Positions 17,708-28,559 of a stretch of DNA of 64,000 bases are shown in pieces. Both the position numbers and the translations under genes were made by a program. The notes beneath the pieces are model-generated. The model worked only from the letters and a program-made list of their open reading frames with translations, searched no databases and was not told the DNA's origin. Origin of the DNA: Bacteroidota bacterium (GTDB taxonomy: Bacteria > Bacteroidota > Bacteroidia > Sphingobacteriales > Sphingobacteriaceae); contig JAZKAL010000010.1 in NCBI GenBank assembly GCA_040389205.1, positions 99,697-163,696 of the forward strand, written 5' to 3'. How positions within the stretch are numbered: position 1 is the first letter of the stretch; each line of letters starts with the position of its first letter.

Positions 17708-18319
17708 TTAATAATTGGTAAATGGCCTTACCGCTTCCGGGTGGTTTATCTCCGGCTGGTATTTTTCGGGTATTTCGTTTGTGTGATGTTTGTCGCCATA
17801 ATAATCAATGGCTAACTCCCTTTTACCATTATCTTTTATGGTCACTTTAAAAAGCATATCATAATCTTCTTCATCTAACGATGAGGGGAACGGCACTTCG
17901 GCACCAAAGGCTTCTAACAATTTCATTACCGTATTGGAGTGACCAACAATTAAAACATTATTGCCCCTAAAGTTTTTAATAATGGTTTTTGCAAACACAT
18001 TCAGTGCGGTATCCGCATAAACACGTGGTAATAATTTAGCTTTGTAAGCAAGCGGACGAGCGGTTAAACCCGTTCTTTTATATTTGGTGACGTATATGGC
18101 TTTAATGTGCTCGCCCTTTAATTCTTTAACCAATGCTTCGGCACGTTTTATGCCGACTGCACTTAATGCAGGGTCTTCGTCCTGCTTAATATTGGTCACT
18201 TTTTCGGCATGCCTAACAATCCATATAGTGGTTTTTTGGGCTGAGGCACTAAAATTGCTTAGTAACAAACAAATAAACATTAACCTTAAAAATTTAGCAG
18301 GCATCATTACAATTTTCAT
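17708..18319 (-). CDS. Histidine phosphatase (phosphoglycerate mutase family), exported
   Basis: Signal peptide, IVRHAEK, LIVGHSNT. Confidence 0.85.
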   Translation of the reverse strand: MKIVMMPAKFLRLMFICLLLSNFSASAQKTTIWIVRHAEKVTNIKQDEDPALSAVGIKRAEALVKELKGEHIKAIYVTKYKRTGLTARPLAYKAKLLPRVYADTALNVFAKTIIKNFRGNNVLIVGHSNTVMKLLEAFGAEVPFPSSLDEEDYDMLFKVTIKDNGKRELAIDYYGDKHHTNEIPEKYQPEINHPEAVRPFTNY

Positions 18320-18376
18320 AAAATGGTGTTATCTGTTTTAGAACACAAGGTACAAACAAATATATTCGGTTTTAAT

Positions 18377-19408
18377 ATGAAGTTTTTTAGCAAAGAATAT
18401 TTAAAGCAGCTCTGGAAAGTGTTACTGGCTACTTTTAGCGGGTTTGGGTCAGATAACGGCTTAAAGCTTAGCGCATCGTTAGCCTATTACACCATATTTT
18501 CATTAGCGCCACTGTTGTTATTAATACTTTCGCTCGCAGGTATCTTTCTAAAAGATGGCAGCTACCGCCAGGACTTTTACGACCAGATCAAACATTATAT
18601 AGGCGAACAAGGTACTCACCAAATACAGGAGACTATTAAATCGCAGGATATTGCGGGGAAAAGCGGCATTGGTTTAGTTATAAGTATTGCAACCTTGCTT
18701 TTAGGTGCCAGCAGTATATTTCTGGAGATACAAGATTCGCTTAATATCATATGGCGTGTAAAGGCCAAACCTAAACGCGGATGGGTGCAGATGCTGAAGA
18801 ACAGGTTCCTTTCTTTTTCGCTGATTGTTAGTCTTGGTTTCTTATTACTTGCATCCCTATTGGTAAATTTAATAATTAGTGCGGTTAGTGATAAGATAGT
18901 AGCGTTTTTACCCAAATTATTGGGTAAGGATATTGCCAATGTAATTGGCGAAACATTCTTATTTACGGTAAATTTTGGCATTACGCTTCTTGTTATTTCT
19001 GTCCTTTTTGGGGTTATATTTAAAGTATTGCCCGATGTTAAGATCAAATGGAAAGATGTGCGTTCGGGAGCTATATTTACAGCTATATTATTTATTATCG
19101 GTCAGTATATCATCAGCCTTTACATTCAATATACAGCCCAGGGCTCTGTTTATGGTACTGCGGGCTCGCTTATTGTGATTTTGGTATGGATCTATTATAC
19201 AGCAGCCATACTTTATATAGGTGCCGAGTTTACCCAGGTTTACGCTGAAGCACAGGGCAGCCGTATTGAACCTGCCGATTACGCCGTAGTGGTACAACAA
19301 ACCGAAGTAGAAAAAAAATTGCAAACCATGCCCTTGCAAAACCCCGAACTACACGGGGCATTAAAATGCGATGAAGATAAAAACGGGAAAAAGCCCGATG
19401 GGTGTTAA
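18377..19408 (+). CDS. YihY / virulence factor BrkB family membrane protein
   Basis: SASLAYYTIFSLAP, LNIIW, six or more TM segments, YGTAGSLIVILVWIYY, GAEF. Confidence 0.92.
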   Translation: MKFFSKEYLKQLWKVLLATFSGFGSDNGLKLSASLAYYTIFSLAPLLLLILSLAGIFLKDGSYRQDFYDQIKHYIGEQGTHQIQETIKSQDIAGKSGIGLVISIATLLLGASSIFLEIQDSLNIIWRVKAKPKRGWVQMLKNRFLSFSLIVSLGFLLLASLLVNLIISAVSDKIVAFLPKLLGKDIANVIGETFLFTVNFGITLLVISVLFGVIFKVLPDVKIKWKDVRSGAIFTAILFIIGQYIISLYIQYTAQGSVYGTAGSLIVILVWIYYTAAILYIGAEFTQVYAEAQGSRIEPADYAVVVQQTEVEKKLQTMPLQNPELHGALKCDEDKNGKKPDGC

Positions 19409-19483
19409 CGCCATGGTGATTGAAGGTTAAGCTTGTGTTATTTATATAAATAATATGTAGATTTAGCTACCAATCCAAACCAG

Positions 19484-20722
19484 GTGTTAGCCGGTCTATA
19501 CAGATATTCGACGTTTAAACGTGTATGGCTACTTGTCATCATAAATTGCCTTTTCTTATCGGCAAGCGCGCAATCTTTTGACGTTGACAGCAACCGCAAG
19601 TATGTAGATGTCCCCTTTAAGCTTGTTCGCAACATGATGGTTGTTAAGCTTAAAATAAACGGGAAAGGGCCATTCAACTTCGTATTAGATACGGGTGTTG
19701 GGTTGATGATCATTACCGAACCCAAACTGGTTGACTCGATAGGTATTGCCTCTAAGCGCACTATCAAATTGGTAGGCCTTGGCGAGGGCGATGCTTTTGA
19801 AGCCTATGTTACACCCGTACTGGATATCGACATTCCCGGGCTGGTAAGTGAAGATGTTTCTGCAGCGATTTTAAAGGACGATTATTTTAATTTATCCGCT
19901 TACATTGGCCTCCCCATACATGGTTTGTTGGGTTATGAGTTTTTTAATTCGCTGGCGGTAAAAATAAACTTTACCGATACCACCATGAATGTTTGCCGCC
20001 CTCAATACCTCAAGCCATTTAAAAAGAGCCAAAAAATCCCCATCACAATTGAGGATAAAAAGCCTTACATGCAAACTAATGTTAGCTTTCATGATGGCAC
20101 AAGAGCGGTAAACAAATTTGTAATAGACCTTGGCGCCGGGCACCCGCTTTCTATAGAAAATATGCTGCAAAAGCATGGCCTGCCAAAAAAAGCAATCCAG
20201 GCAAACCTGGGTGTGGGGCTTAACGGGCCAATAAGCGGCTATTTAAGCCGCGTTAAGGATATTGAGATTGCCGGATACAAGGTTAAAAATATAATTACAT
20301 CATTTCCTGATAAAGATTACGTGCAGAGAACATCAAGTGTACCCCGCGACGGTAATATAGGTATTGGCATACTTAAAAGATTTAATCTTGCATTTGACTA
20401 TTCTAACGGACTGTTATATGTAAAATCGAACGAGAAATTCGGGACGCCGTTTGAGCATGACATGAGCGGGATAGAATACTTTATGGCAGGCGACAACTAC
20501 ATGCACCTAATTATTGGCCGTGTGGCGCCCGGGTCACCGGCCGATGAAATTGGCTTGATAAAAGATGATGAAATTACATCCATTAACTTTAAGCCCGTAT
20601 CAAAAATGACCCAGGAGGAAATAGACTCCTATTTCAAAACATCAGAACGGAGCCTGCTCTTGGAGATCTATCACGATAAGAAATTCGACCGGGTGATCAT
20701 TAATTTGCGCCGCCGCATATAA
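19484..20722 (+). CDS. Retropepsin-like aspartyl protease with C-terminal PDZ domain
   Basis: FVLDTG and VIDLGAG motifs, GLLGYEFF, GNIGIGILKRF, PDZ segment VAPGSPADEIGL. Start codon uncertain. Confidence 0.85.
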   Translation: MLAGLYRYSTFKRVWLLVIINCLFLSASAQSFDVDSNRKYVDVPFKLVRNMMVVKLKINGKGPFNFVLDTGVGLMIITEPKLVDSIGIASKRTIKLVGLGEGDAFEAYVTPVLDIDIPGLVSEDVSAAILKDDYFNLSAYIGLPIHGLLGYEFFNSLAVKINFTDTTMNVCRPQYLKPFKKSQKIPITIEDKKPYMQTNVSFHDGTRAVNKFVIDLGAGHPLSIENMLQKHGLPKKAIQANLGVGLNGPISGYLSRVKDIEIAGYKVKNIITSFPDKDYVQRTSSVPRDGNIGIGILKRFNLAFDYSNGLLYVKSNEKFGTPFEHDMSGIEYFMAGDNYMHLIIGRVAPGSPADEIGLIKDDEITSINFKPVSKMTQEEIDSYFKTSERSLLLEIYHDKKFDRVIINLRRRI

Positions 20723-20803
20723 TTTGCATGTAACTAACATGTTGCGATAGGTTTCTAAAAAAATTATTCCATATTTTTAACCTTTACTAATTAACTTAAA
20801 CAA

Positions 20804-23413
20804 ATGAATACACCTTTACGGGTAAATACTTACCTGGGCGTTGCATTTTTTGCTATTGCAACTATAGCAAGTTCATGCGCCACCAAAAAAGCGGCAGACC
20901 GTACGGTTACGCTAAAAACCACAACTACCCCGGGCGGCTCTACCGCCACAGCAACAGTTGGTGCTGCTAAAAAAGAGGGCATCAAAAAATTTGCTGACCT
21001 TATTGGGAAAGCAAAAGCAGATACCGGCCTTTTTAACACCTACAAAGTTGATGGCAAATATTACTTTGAGATACCAGACAGCCTGGTAAGCCGCGAAATG
21101 CTGGTTGTTACCCGTTTTGTAAAAACACCTACCGGGCTAAAATCATTTGGCCAGCAATACGGCGGCGAAGAAGTTAATAACCAGGTTTGGAAATGGGAAC
21201 GTCACGATAAACAGGTTTTTATTCGCGTGCCAAGCTATTCGGTAAGAGCCGATAGCACCAGCGACATGTATCAATCGGTAAAGAACTCAAACCTTGATGC
21301 TGTGCTTGCCGCTTTTGATATTAAAGCATATAACAAAGACACAACAGGTGTTTTAATAGATGTGACTGACCTGTATAACGGTGACGTGGCAGCGATCGGC
21401 CTGCCCGATAACATCAAAAAGATGTACAAAATTAGCGCGTTGGATAATACCCGCTCGTACATTGATACCATGAGGAGCTTCCCTATCAACATTGAAACAC
21501 GTACTTTAAAAACTTACCGTGCTGCCGAATCGCCAACTGATAATACAAACGGCGCGGTTACTTTTGAATTGAATACCTCGATGCTATTATTACCTAAAAC
21601 GCCAATGAAAGCACGTATAATGGATGCCCGTGTCGGCTTTTTTGGCCAGGGACAAACAGACTATGGTACCGATGCCCAAAAGGCGGAAGCTACAGCTTAC
21701 ATACACCGTTGGAAGCTTGAGCCTAAGGACGAAGCTGCTTACGCACGTGGCGAACTGGTTGAGCCCCAAAAACAAATTGTATACTACATAGACCCAGCTA
21801 CACCAAAAAAATGGGTACCATACCTTATTGCCGGTGTTAACGACTGGAATAAAGCTTTTGAAGCAGCGGGATTTAAAAATGCAATTGTTGGTAAAGAAGC
21901 ACCTACAAAAAAACAAGACCCTGAGTTTAGTACCGAAGATGCACGTTACAGCGTATTACGCTACTTCGCGTCGGATGTGCAAAATGCTTATGGCCCTCAC
22001 ATTTCAGACCCACGCAGCGGCGAGATCCTGGAGAGCCACGTTGGCTGGTACCATAACGTAATGAGTTTATTGCGTAACTGGTTCTTTATACAAACAGCAG
22101 CGGTTAACCCTAATGTGCGCATGGCTAAATTTACCGACGCGCAAATGGGCGAATTGATCCGCTTTGTATCATCGCACGAAATTGGCCATACTTTAGGCCT
22201 GCCACACAACTTCGGGTCGAGCTACGCTTATCCGGTTGATTCGCTGCGTTCAAAATCATTTACAGACAAGCATGGTACTGCGCCATCAATAATGGATTAT
22301 GCCCGCTTTAACTACATTGCGCAGCCGGGCGATGGCGTAACCCACTTATACCCTCAAATTGGCGAATACGATCTATGGTCGGTTAAGTGGGGATACAGTT
22401 ATTTCCCGGGCAAGAAAACAGCCGTTCAGGAAAAAGAAATGTTGGATGTTTGGACAAAAGAAAAAGCAAGTAACCCACTTTATTACTTTGGCAGACAGGG
22501 AACATCTATTGACCCGCGTTTACAAAACGAAGACCTTGGCGATAACGCCATGAAAGCAAGTACCTATGGTATAGCTAACCTGAAAAGGATCCTTCCTAAC
22601 ATCGAAAAATGGACCTACCAAAAAGGCGAGGATTATGATGACCTGGTAACCTTATACAACGAGGTTATTGGCCAATACAACCGCTACATAGGCCACGTTA
22701 CCATGAATATTGGTGGCATGAATGAAAATTATAAAACGTACGATCAAAAAGGCGCTGTTTATGGTTTCGTAAACAAAAACCTGCAGCATGATGCGGTTGT
22801 ATTTTTAAACCAACAGGTGTTTACTACACCAAAATGGTTAATTAACAATGCCGAGTTAGCCAAGTTTGATAATGGTGTAGTTATCGGTCGTATCAAATCG
22901 GTACAGGTAAACGCGGTTAATAACGTTATTAACCCATCGCGTATGGCGCGTATGTTTGATAATCAATCAAAAAACGGCGCTACCGCTTATACTGTTGCCG
23001 ATATGTTTAACGATCTGCGCGCGGGTATATTTGCCAAAGCTACGCCCGATGAGTTTAAGCGCAACCTGCAACGCGGCTATGTTGACCGTTTAAAAACATT
23101 ATTGAATGATGACGCGAGCCAAAGTTTCCCGGGTGCTACATCAGCACAGTTGGCAAGCCTTGGTTTAACGCCTATCAACATTGCCCTATCAGATATTAGG
23201 CCGATGGTACGTGTAGAACTCGCTAAAATTAGCTCAAGCCTTCCAAAGGGAGGTGATGCTTTAACAGCAGCACACTATGCCGACCTGCGCCTGCGCATTA
23301 AAGAGGCACTAAACCCAACACGCCCTATAGTAAATGTTGGTGGTGGCTCACCCGGCCGCTTAACAGACGAAATTGCACCCGCAGATAATAGCTGCTGGCC
23401 GCAAACAAAATAA
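20804..23413 (+). CDS. Zinc-dependent metalloprotease lipoprotein (DUF5117/DUF5118/DUF4953 architecture)
   Basis: Lipobox ASSC, HEIGHTLGLPHN zincin motif, Met-turn SIMDY, DARVGFF, DPRSGEI. Confidence 0.9.
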   Translation: MNTPLRVNTYLGVAFFAIATIASSCATKKAADRTVTLKTTTTPGGSTATATVGAAKKEGIKKFADLIGKAKADTGLFNTYKVDGKYYFEIPDSLVSREMLVVTRFVKTPTGLKSFGQQYGGEEVNNQVWKWERHDKQVFIRVPSYSVRADSTSDMYQSVKNSNLDAVLAAFDIKAYNKDTTGVLIDVTDLYNGDVAAIGLPDNIKKMYKISALDNTRSYIDTMRSFPINIETRTLKTYRAAESPTDNTNGAVTFELNTSMLLLPKTPMKARIMDARVGFFGQGQTDYGTDAQKAEATAYIHRWKLEPKDEAAYARGELVEPQKQIVYYIDPATPKKWVPYLIAGVNDWNKAFEAAGFKNAIVGKEAPTKKQDPEFSTEDARYSVLRYFASDVQNAYGPHISDPRSGEILESHVGWYHNVMSLLRNWFFIQTAAVNPNVRMAKFTDAQMGELIRFVSSHEIGHTLGLPHNFGSSYAYPVDSLRSKSFTDKHGTAPSIMDYARFNYIAQPGDGVTHLYPQIGEYDLWSVKWGYSYFPGKKTAVQEKEMLDVWTKEKASNPLYYFGRQGTSIDPRLQNEDLGDNAMKASTYGIANLKRILPNIEKWTYQKGEDYDDLVTLYNEVIGQYNRYIGHVTMNIGGMNENYKTYDQKGAVYGFVNKNLQHDAVVFLNQQVFTTPKWLINNAELAKFDNGVVIGRIKSVQVNAVNNVINPSRMARMFDNQSKNGATAYTVADMFNDLRAGIFAKATPDEFKRNLQRGYVDRLKTLLNDDASQSFPGATSAQLASLGLTPINIALSDIRPMVRVELAKISSSLPKGGDALTAAHYADLRLRIKEALNPTRPIVNVGGGSPGRLTDEIAPADNSCWPQTK

Positions 23414-23426
23414 CCAAACATTTAAT

Positions 23427-23467
23427 AACAGAGAAGCCCCCGTTTAACAAACGGGGGCTTCTCTGTT
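23427..23467. terminator. Bidirectional terminator
   Basis: aacagagaagcccccgttt-aac-aaacgggggcttctctgtt: 19-bp stem. Confidence 0.85.
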
Positions 23468-23483
23468 TAAGGCCCTATTAATA

Positions 23484-23756
23484 TTATTTAAGCTGACTAA
23501 TATTTTCAAAAAATGCGGTTTGCAGATCAAGCAGTGTTTTTACACTTACTTTTTCCCCGTAGGTATCAAAACAAAGGAATTTTGCTTTGGTAGGATCGTT
23601 GTCTTTCCACTTTTCAAAAAAGTTGAAGGTTTCAAAAAAGTAATGGTTAGTGGTTATTTTAGTTTTTCCACTCGTTTGGGATGCATTTAATCTGAATCCG
23701 AATGCATCCATCCATTTGTGCACTTTATTGTGCAAAGACCCCTTGAAATTATCCAT
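23484..23756 (-). CDS. Small hypothetical protein (90 aa)
   Basis: ATG-started ORF with protein-like composition, convergent on the terminator. No motif recognised. Confidence 0.7.
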   Translation of the reverse strand: MDNFKGSLHNKVHKWMDAFGFRLNASQTSGKTKITTNHYFFETFNFFEKWKDNDPTKAKFLCFDTYGEKVSVKTLLDLQTAFFENISQLK

Positions 23757-23960
23757 AGGTTAAGTGTTTTTGAGGTTGTACGAAAAATCGTGCCTAAGGT
23801 TGTATTCCAAACGAAATACTTGTCAACAATAGTGGAGTATCATTGTGGATATCAATAACATAATTAGCCGCATTCAAAGTATTTGTTATTCAAAACCCCA
23901 TTAAATTTTGAAACCAAATGTTAATAACTCCGTAGAAGACCCTACACTCACAAAATAAAC

Positions 23961-24815
23961 ATGAAGAAAAACAGACTTTTATTAGTAACTATAGCACTTA
24001 GCCTTTTAACGGCAGGTGCGTGTAAAAAATCAACAACCCCGGGTCCGGCAGGTCCAAAAGGCGAAGCAGGTGCAACGGGCGCTACCGGCGCTACTGGTGC
24101 GCAAGGGCCACAAGGCGCTACCGGCGCAGCCGGCCCTCAAGGCGCTACGGGAGCTACAGGTCCGCAAGGCGCTACGGGAGCAACGGGCCCCGCAGGACCA
24201 CAAGGCCCCGCAGGCCCTGCAGGCGGCCCGGTTGGCCCAACCGGTGCAACAGGCCCGCAAGGACCACAAGGCCCACAGGGTGAAAAAGGCGAAACCGGTG
24301 CAACAGGCCCGGCAGGTGCCACCGGCGCAACCGGCCCAACGGGTGCTACCGGTGCAACCGGCGCGCAAGGCCCAACCGGCCCAACAGGGGCTACCGGCGC
24401 AACAGGGCAAACAGGCGCTGCCGGCCAGGATGGTAAGGACGGGAAAGACGGCACTGCTAATGTGCAAAGTTTCTTATTGCCAAGTAAATCGGTAACATTA
24501 ACCGGTTTAAGCAGGCTAACCGTGCCTGCCATAACACAATCGGTAGTTGACCAGGGTATAGTGCTTGTATATTTTAGGGTAAGCGGATCGGGAACGGGAT
24601 ATTATGCGCTGCCATACAGCGAGGCCGACCGTACCTTAAGCGTATCTAACTATGGTGTTGGTTATGTTGATGTTAAAGCAAACTTTACAGCAACCGGGTT
24701 AGACTTTAGGGTTGTAGTAATAGCAGGGACATCATTAACTACATTATCTATATCACACCCTGGTTTAAATGTAAGGAATTTTAACCAGGTAGCTTCTACC
24801 TTCAGATTGCAATAG
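23961..24815 (+). CDS. Collagen-like lipoprotein
   Basis: Lipobox TAGAC, 46 Gly-X-Y triplets (20 + 26 with one single-Gly interruption), then a beta-rich C-terminal domain starting GTANV. Confidence 0.9.
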   Translation: MKKNRLLLVTIALSLLTAGACKKSTTPGPAGPKGEAGATGATGATGAQGPQGATGAAGPQGATGATGPQGATGATGPAGPQGPAGPAGGPVGPTGATGPQGPQGPQGEKGETGATGPAGATGATGPTGATGATGAQGPTGPTGATGATGQTGAAGQDGKDGKDGTANVQSFLLPSKSVTLTGLSRLTVPAITQSVVDQGIVLVYFRVSGSGTGYYALPYSEADRTLSVSNYGVGYVDVKANFTATGLDFRVVVIAGTSLTTLSISHPGLNVRNFNQVASTFRLQ

Positions 24816-24867
24816 CCTATACATCAGCTGTATATAAATTTATACGGTATATTTAAAAGTTTGTACC

Positions 24868-24891
24868 AAGCCCTGCACTAGCAGGGCTTTT
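24868..24891 (+). terminator. Intrinsic terminator
   Basis: aagccctgc-acta-gcagggctttt. Confidence 0.75.
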
Positions 24892-25042
24892 ATATTTAGT
24901 TACTGTAACAAATTTATTGCGGCGTATTGTAATATGTAACAATGCTATGATTATTAAATATATAAACTGAATAAAGTGAACATTTGTATGATAAATGTGT
25001 CTATACGATACTTTAACAGCCCGTTACGTGTAAAAAGAGATT

Positions 25043-28000
25043 ATGAAATACCTTTATTTAATATTAGCATTCGTTTGCTTTAATACCTTTAACGCATCAG
25101 CGCAGCAAAGGTCAATAAGCGGAACTATTATCGATTCTACCAAGTTATCCCTCCCTGGTAGTAACATCAAATTAAAAAACGAACTTGGCGACAGTACTGT
25201 AAGTATTGCCGATGTAAATGGCAAGTTCTCCTTCCCTGCTGTAAAAGGTTCTAAAATAACGCTTATTATTAGTTCGATAGGTTATGATGGGCTTATAAAG
25301 CATTACAACCTGCCTGCCGATGGTAAAGCCGTTGTGCTTGACCCCATCATATTAAAATCATCTATAAGGCAACTTGGCCAGGTCAATATTGTGGGTGTTA
25401 ACCCGGTTGTTTTTAAGGAAGACACCGTTCAGTATTCGGTATCGGCCTATAAGGTTCGTGAAAACGCCCCTATTGAGGATGTTTTGAAAAAGATCCCGGG
25501 AATTGATGTCGCCAAAGATGGTACGGTATCAGCCCAGGGAAAGCAAATAACAAAAGTGAGAGTAAACGGTAAAGACTTTTTTGGGGGCGATGTACAAAGC
25601 GCTACCAAGAACCTCCCGGCCGACGTTATAGAAAGTGTACAGGTTGTTGATGACTACGGCGACCAGGCAAACCTTACCGGTGTTAAAACCGGCGAGCCTA
25701 ACAAGATCCTGAACTTTACCATCCGTAAAGACAAAAACTACGGCTATTTTGGCCAGGCTACAGCAGGCGACGGCCGCGATTGGTTACCCAAACAAGATGG
25801 TGTTGATATAAAGAATGATAACCGTTATATAGGCCTCGTAAACTTCTTTAAATTTAAAGGCGACCAGCAGATCTCCGTTTTAGGTAACCTTAACAATACC
25901 AACGTAAACACATTTAGCTATGGCGCGGCAACCGGCGGCGCGGCAGGCGGCGGCGGTTTTGGTGGCGGCGGTGGTGGCCGTGGCAATGCGGCACGTGGCT
26001 CAAGCGGCTCTACAACCAACGCCAACGGTATTACCAATGCGCGCTCTATTGGTTTAAACTTTAGGGACCAATGGGGTAAAACATTATCGGTTTACGGTAG
26101 CTACAGCTTTAGTAATAATACTACATATACTAATTCGACCACGTTGCAAAACAACTTTGGTAACAACCCAAGCCAAAGCACCCAGGTTAGCCAGGAAACA
26201 AGCCAGCCAACCAATCACCGGTTTAATTTTAACCTGGAGTGGAAACCGGATACCCTTAACTATTTAAAGGTTACGCCGTCGTTTTCATACAATGCATCTG
26301 ACGTAACCAGTTTCGACGATCAGAAACTGGTTAGGAGAGATACTACAAGATTGGCCTATACGTCAAACTCCATAAGTAACTCAACCTCGCCAAACTATGG
26401 TTTAACAGGTTTTTTTAACCACCGTTTTAAACATAGCAAGCGTAATTTACTAATAGGTTTTAATGTAAGCACAAACAAAAGCTCGCAGTTTGATAACCCG
26501 GTGAATACTTACACTATTGGCGCGGGCACAACCCCGGCAAACCAGGTTATTTATACCGATAGCCGTACCAACACTTACGGCGCTAACGTATCATACCAGG
26601 AGCCAATTGGAAAAGTATCGTTCCTGGAGCTTAACTACGCGTTTAACCACAACTTTACATCAAGCGATAAAGAAACAGATACCCTTTACACCACCAATCC
26701 CGATCTGTACCGTAACTATTCCTTGTTAAGCAACAACTACAATTACACGTTTACTACCAACAGGTTTGGCCTTAATTATAGGGTAATAGAGAAAAAGTAC
26801 AACCTAACCTTAGGTGTTGGTGCACAACCGGCAAAGCTTGATGGGATAAACCTGAGCAACAATGTGTCTACCAGCGTATCTACCTTTAATGTTATACCGG
26901 CAGCAAGCTTTAATTATAACTTTAGCAGGAGCCAGGCATTGCGTTTTAACTATAATGGCAGCAGCAACCAGCCGGCATTTAACCAGTTGCAGCCGGTTCT
27001 TGATTTTTCGAACGCGTTGTACCCGGTACAAGGTAACCCTAACCTAAACCCCGAGTTTACAAACAACCTGTCTTTACGTTATAATGCGTTCAGCTTTCAA
27101 ACGGGTAATATATTCCTGGTTGGCTTAAACTTTTCACAAACCGATAACAAGATCGTTCAAAACACGGTGAACTATGCGTCGGACTTTAGCGCCGCTGCAT
27201 TGGCAGCCGACCCAAGTCTGGTTAACTTTAGAAACGCCACACTAATTAAATACTTAAATACAAGCGGCTACTACACTGCAGGGGCAAACCTTATTTACTC
27301 TAAGCCATGGAAAGAGCGCCGTTATACTTTAACATTTAACGGTAACGCCAGTTATACCAATAACATCGGCTTTTCGCAGAGCGTAGATGAAAATAACGTA
27401 ACCACGCCAATAGAGAAAAATATAGCGAAGACCCTTAGCTTGAGCCCACGCCTGGGTTTCAGGACAAATATTACCGATATAATTGACGCGGAGTTATATG
27501 GCAAATACACCGTTAGCAAAACAGATAATTCGCTAACTACTTTAGGCAATCAAAACACAAACATCCGCTCGCTGGAGCTGGGCCTAAATGGTAAAAACTA
27601 TGTTTGGAAAGATTGGACCGTAAGTTACGACTATACCAAAACATTAAACTACGGATATGACCAGGCAGTAAATATTAAAAACCCGAATATCTTAAATGCT
27701 TATTTAGAACGCAGGTTTTTAAAAGACCATCGCGGTACCATACGTTTAGCCGCATACGATTTATTTAACGAGAACACAGGCTTTTCTACCGTTACAAATG
27801 GTAGCACGGTTACACAAACAAATGTAAACAGGCTTGGCCGTTACTACTTATTAACCTTTACTTTCCGCCTGCAAAAATTCTCGGGCAAGGCACCATCTGC
27901 TGATCCGGGACGTGGCATGAGAGACGGCGGCGGGCGCCAGGGTGGTATGGGCGGCGGAATGGGTGGCCCTCCCCCTCCTCCGGGTGGCGGCCCGTTCTAA
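25043..28000 (+). CDS. Outer-membrane beta-barrel / TonB-dependent receptor-like protein with N-terminal carboxypeptidase-regulatory-like domain
   Basis: Signal peptide; plug-like EDVLKKIPGIDV, VNGKDFFGGD, NLPADVIESVQV; many amphipathic strands; GRYYLLTFTFRL end of barrel followed by a Gly/Pro tail. Confidence 0.88.
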   Translation: MKYLYLILAFVCFNTFNASAQQRSISGTIIDSTKLSLPGSNIKLKNELGDSTVSIADVNGKFSFPAVKGSKITLIISSIGYDGLIKHYNLPADGKAVVLDPIILKSSIRQLGQVNIVGVNPVVFKEDTVQYSVSAYKVRENAPIEDVLKKIPGIDVAKDGTVSAQGKQITKVRVNGKDFFGGDVQSATKNLPADVIESVQVVDDYGDQANLTGVKTGEPNKILNFTIRKDKNYGYFGQATAGDGRDWLPKQDGVDIKNDNRYIGLVNFFKFKGDQQISVLGNLNNTNVNTFSYGAATGGAAGGGGFGGGGGGRGNAARGSSGSTTNANGITNARSIGLNFRDQWGKTLSVYGSYSFSNNTTYTNSTTLQNNFGNNPSQSTQVSQETSQPTNHRFNFNLEWKPDTLNYLKVTPSFSYNASDVTSFDDQKLVRRDTTRLAYTSNSISNSTSPNYGLTGFFNHRFKHSKRNLLIGFNVSTNKSSQFDNPVNTYTIGAGTTPANQVIYTDSRTNTYGANVSYQEPIGKVSFLELNYAFNHNFTSSDKETDTLYTTNPDLYRNYSLLSNNYNYTFTTNRFGLNYRVIEKKYNLTLGVGAQPAKLDGINLSNNVSTSVSTFNVIPAASFNYNFSRSQALRFNYNGSSNQPAFNQLQPVLDFSNALYPVQGNPNLNPEFTNNLSLRYNAFSFQTGNIFLVGLNFSQTDNKIVQNTVNYASDFSAAALAADPSLVNFRNATLIKYLNTSGYYTAGANLIYSKPWKERRYTLTFNGNASYTNNIGFSQSVDENNVTTPIEKNIAKTLSLSPRLGFRTNITDIIDAELYGKYTVSKTDNSLTTLGNQNTNIRSLELGLNGKNYVWKDWTVSYDYTKTLNYGYDQAVNIKNPNILNAYLERRFLKDHRGTIRLAAYDLFNENTGFSTVTNGSTVTQTNVNRLGRYYLLTFTFRLQKFSGKAPSADPGRGMRDGGGRQGGMGGGMGGPPPPPGGGPF

Positions 28001-28013
28001 ACAGGTATAAAAC

Positions 28014-28048
28014 AAAAAATCCCATCCGGTTTCCGGATGGGATTTTTT
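28014..28048. terminator. Bidirectional terminator
   Basis: aaaaaatcccatccgg-ttt-ccggatgggatttttt. Confidence 0.88.
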
Positions 28049-28062
28049 AATGCTTTTATTTT

Positions 28063-28437
28063 TTAATTTTTTATCAGTACCGAGTTAATAACCCTTTCCA
28101 GTTCTTCCAGGTCAAAGGGTTTTGCAAGGTAAGTTTCTGCCCCGGCATGGTCGGCAAGTAACTGGATGTCGCTATTGGCCGAAAAATATACAACAGGTAT
28201 ATTTTTTAATACTTCGTCTTTTTTAAGGGTTTGCGTAGCTATAATACCACCGGCATCAGGGATCCAGTTGTCCATCAAAATTACATCAGGAGAAATGCCC
28301 GAAACTTTTTGGGTAATATCGTTACAATCGGTAAAGGTATGAACCTCCCAGCCTTGCTCCTCTAAAATGTAACTACAGATAGATAGAATGTCTTCATCAT
28401 CATCAAAAATGATGATCTTTTTTGCTTTGTCGTTCAT
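28063..28437 (-). CDS. Stand-alone response regulator receiver domain
   Basis: IFDDDE, ILMDNWIP (phospho-Asp), FSA, YLAKPF. Confidence 0.92.
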   Translation of the reverse strand: MNDKAKKIIIFDDDEDILSICSYILEEQGWEVHTFTDCNDITQKVSGISPDVILMDNWIPDAGGIIATQTLKKDEVLKNIPVVYFSANSDIQLLADHAGAETYLAKPFDLEELERVINSVLIKN

Positions 28438-28559
28438 GGGTAAGTAGAAGGGTGAAGCTATAAATAAGTTTTAAAAAAAGCAAATTAATTAATTAGTGCT
28501 AAAACAGGGGTTTAGCGCTATTAACGGTTAAATAATATGCCTGCAATAACATGCAATTT

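Noticed and set aside
23773-23804. aggttgta direct repeat upstream of the collagen gene
   Set aside because: Two 8-bp copies only, not enough to support an operator call.
24016-24532. Overlapping ORFs (24016-24495, 24030-24467, 24137-24532) and a possible CRISPR-like repeat
   Set aside because: These are shadows of the 9-bp periodic collagen coding repeat. There is no repeat-spacer structure and no cas genes.
25920-26000. GC-rich Gly-repeat segment, and the similar Gly/Pro tail at 27900-27997
   Set aside because: Low-complexity linkers within the reading frame of the barrel protein, common in this family.
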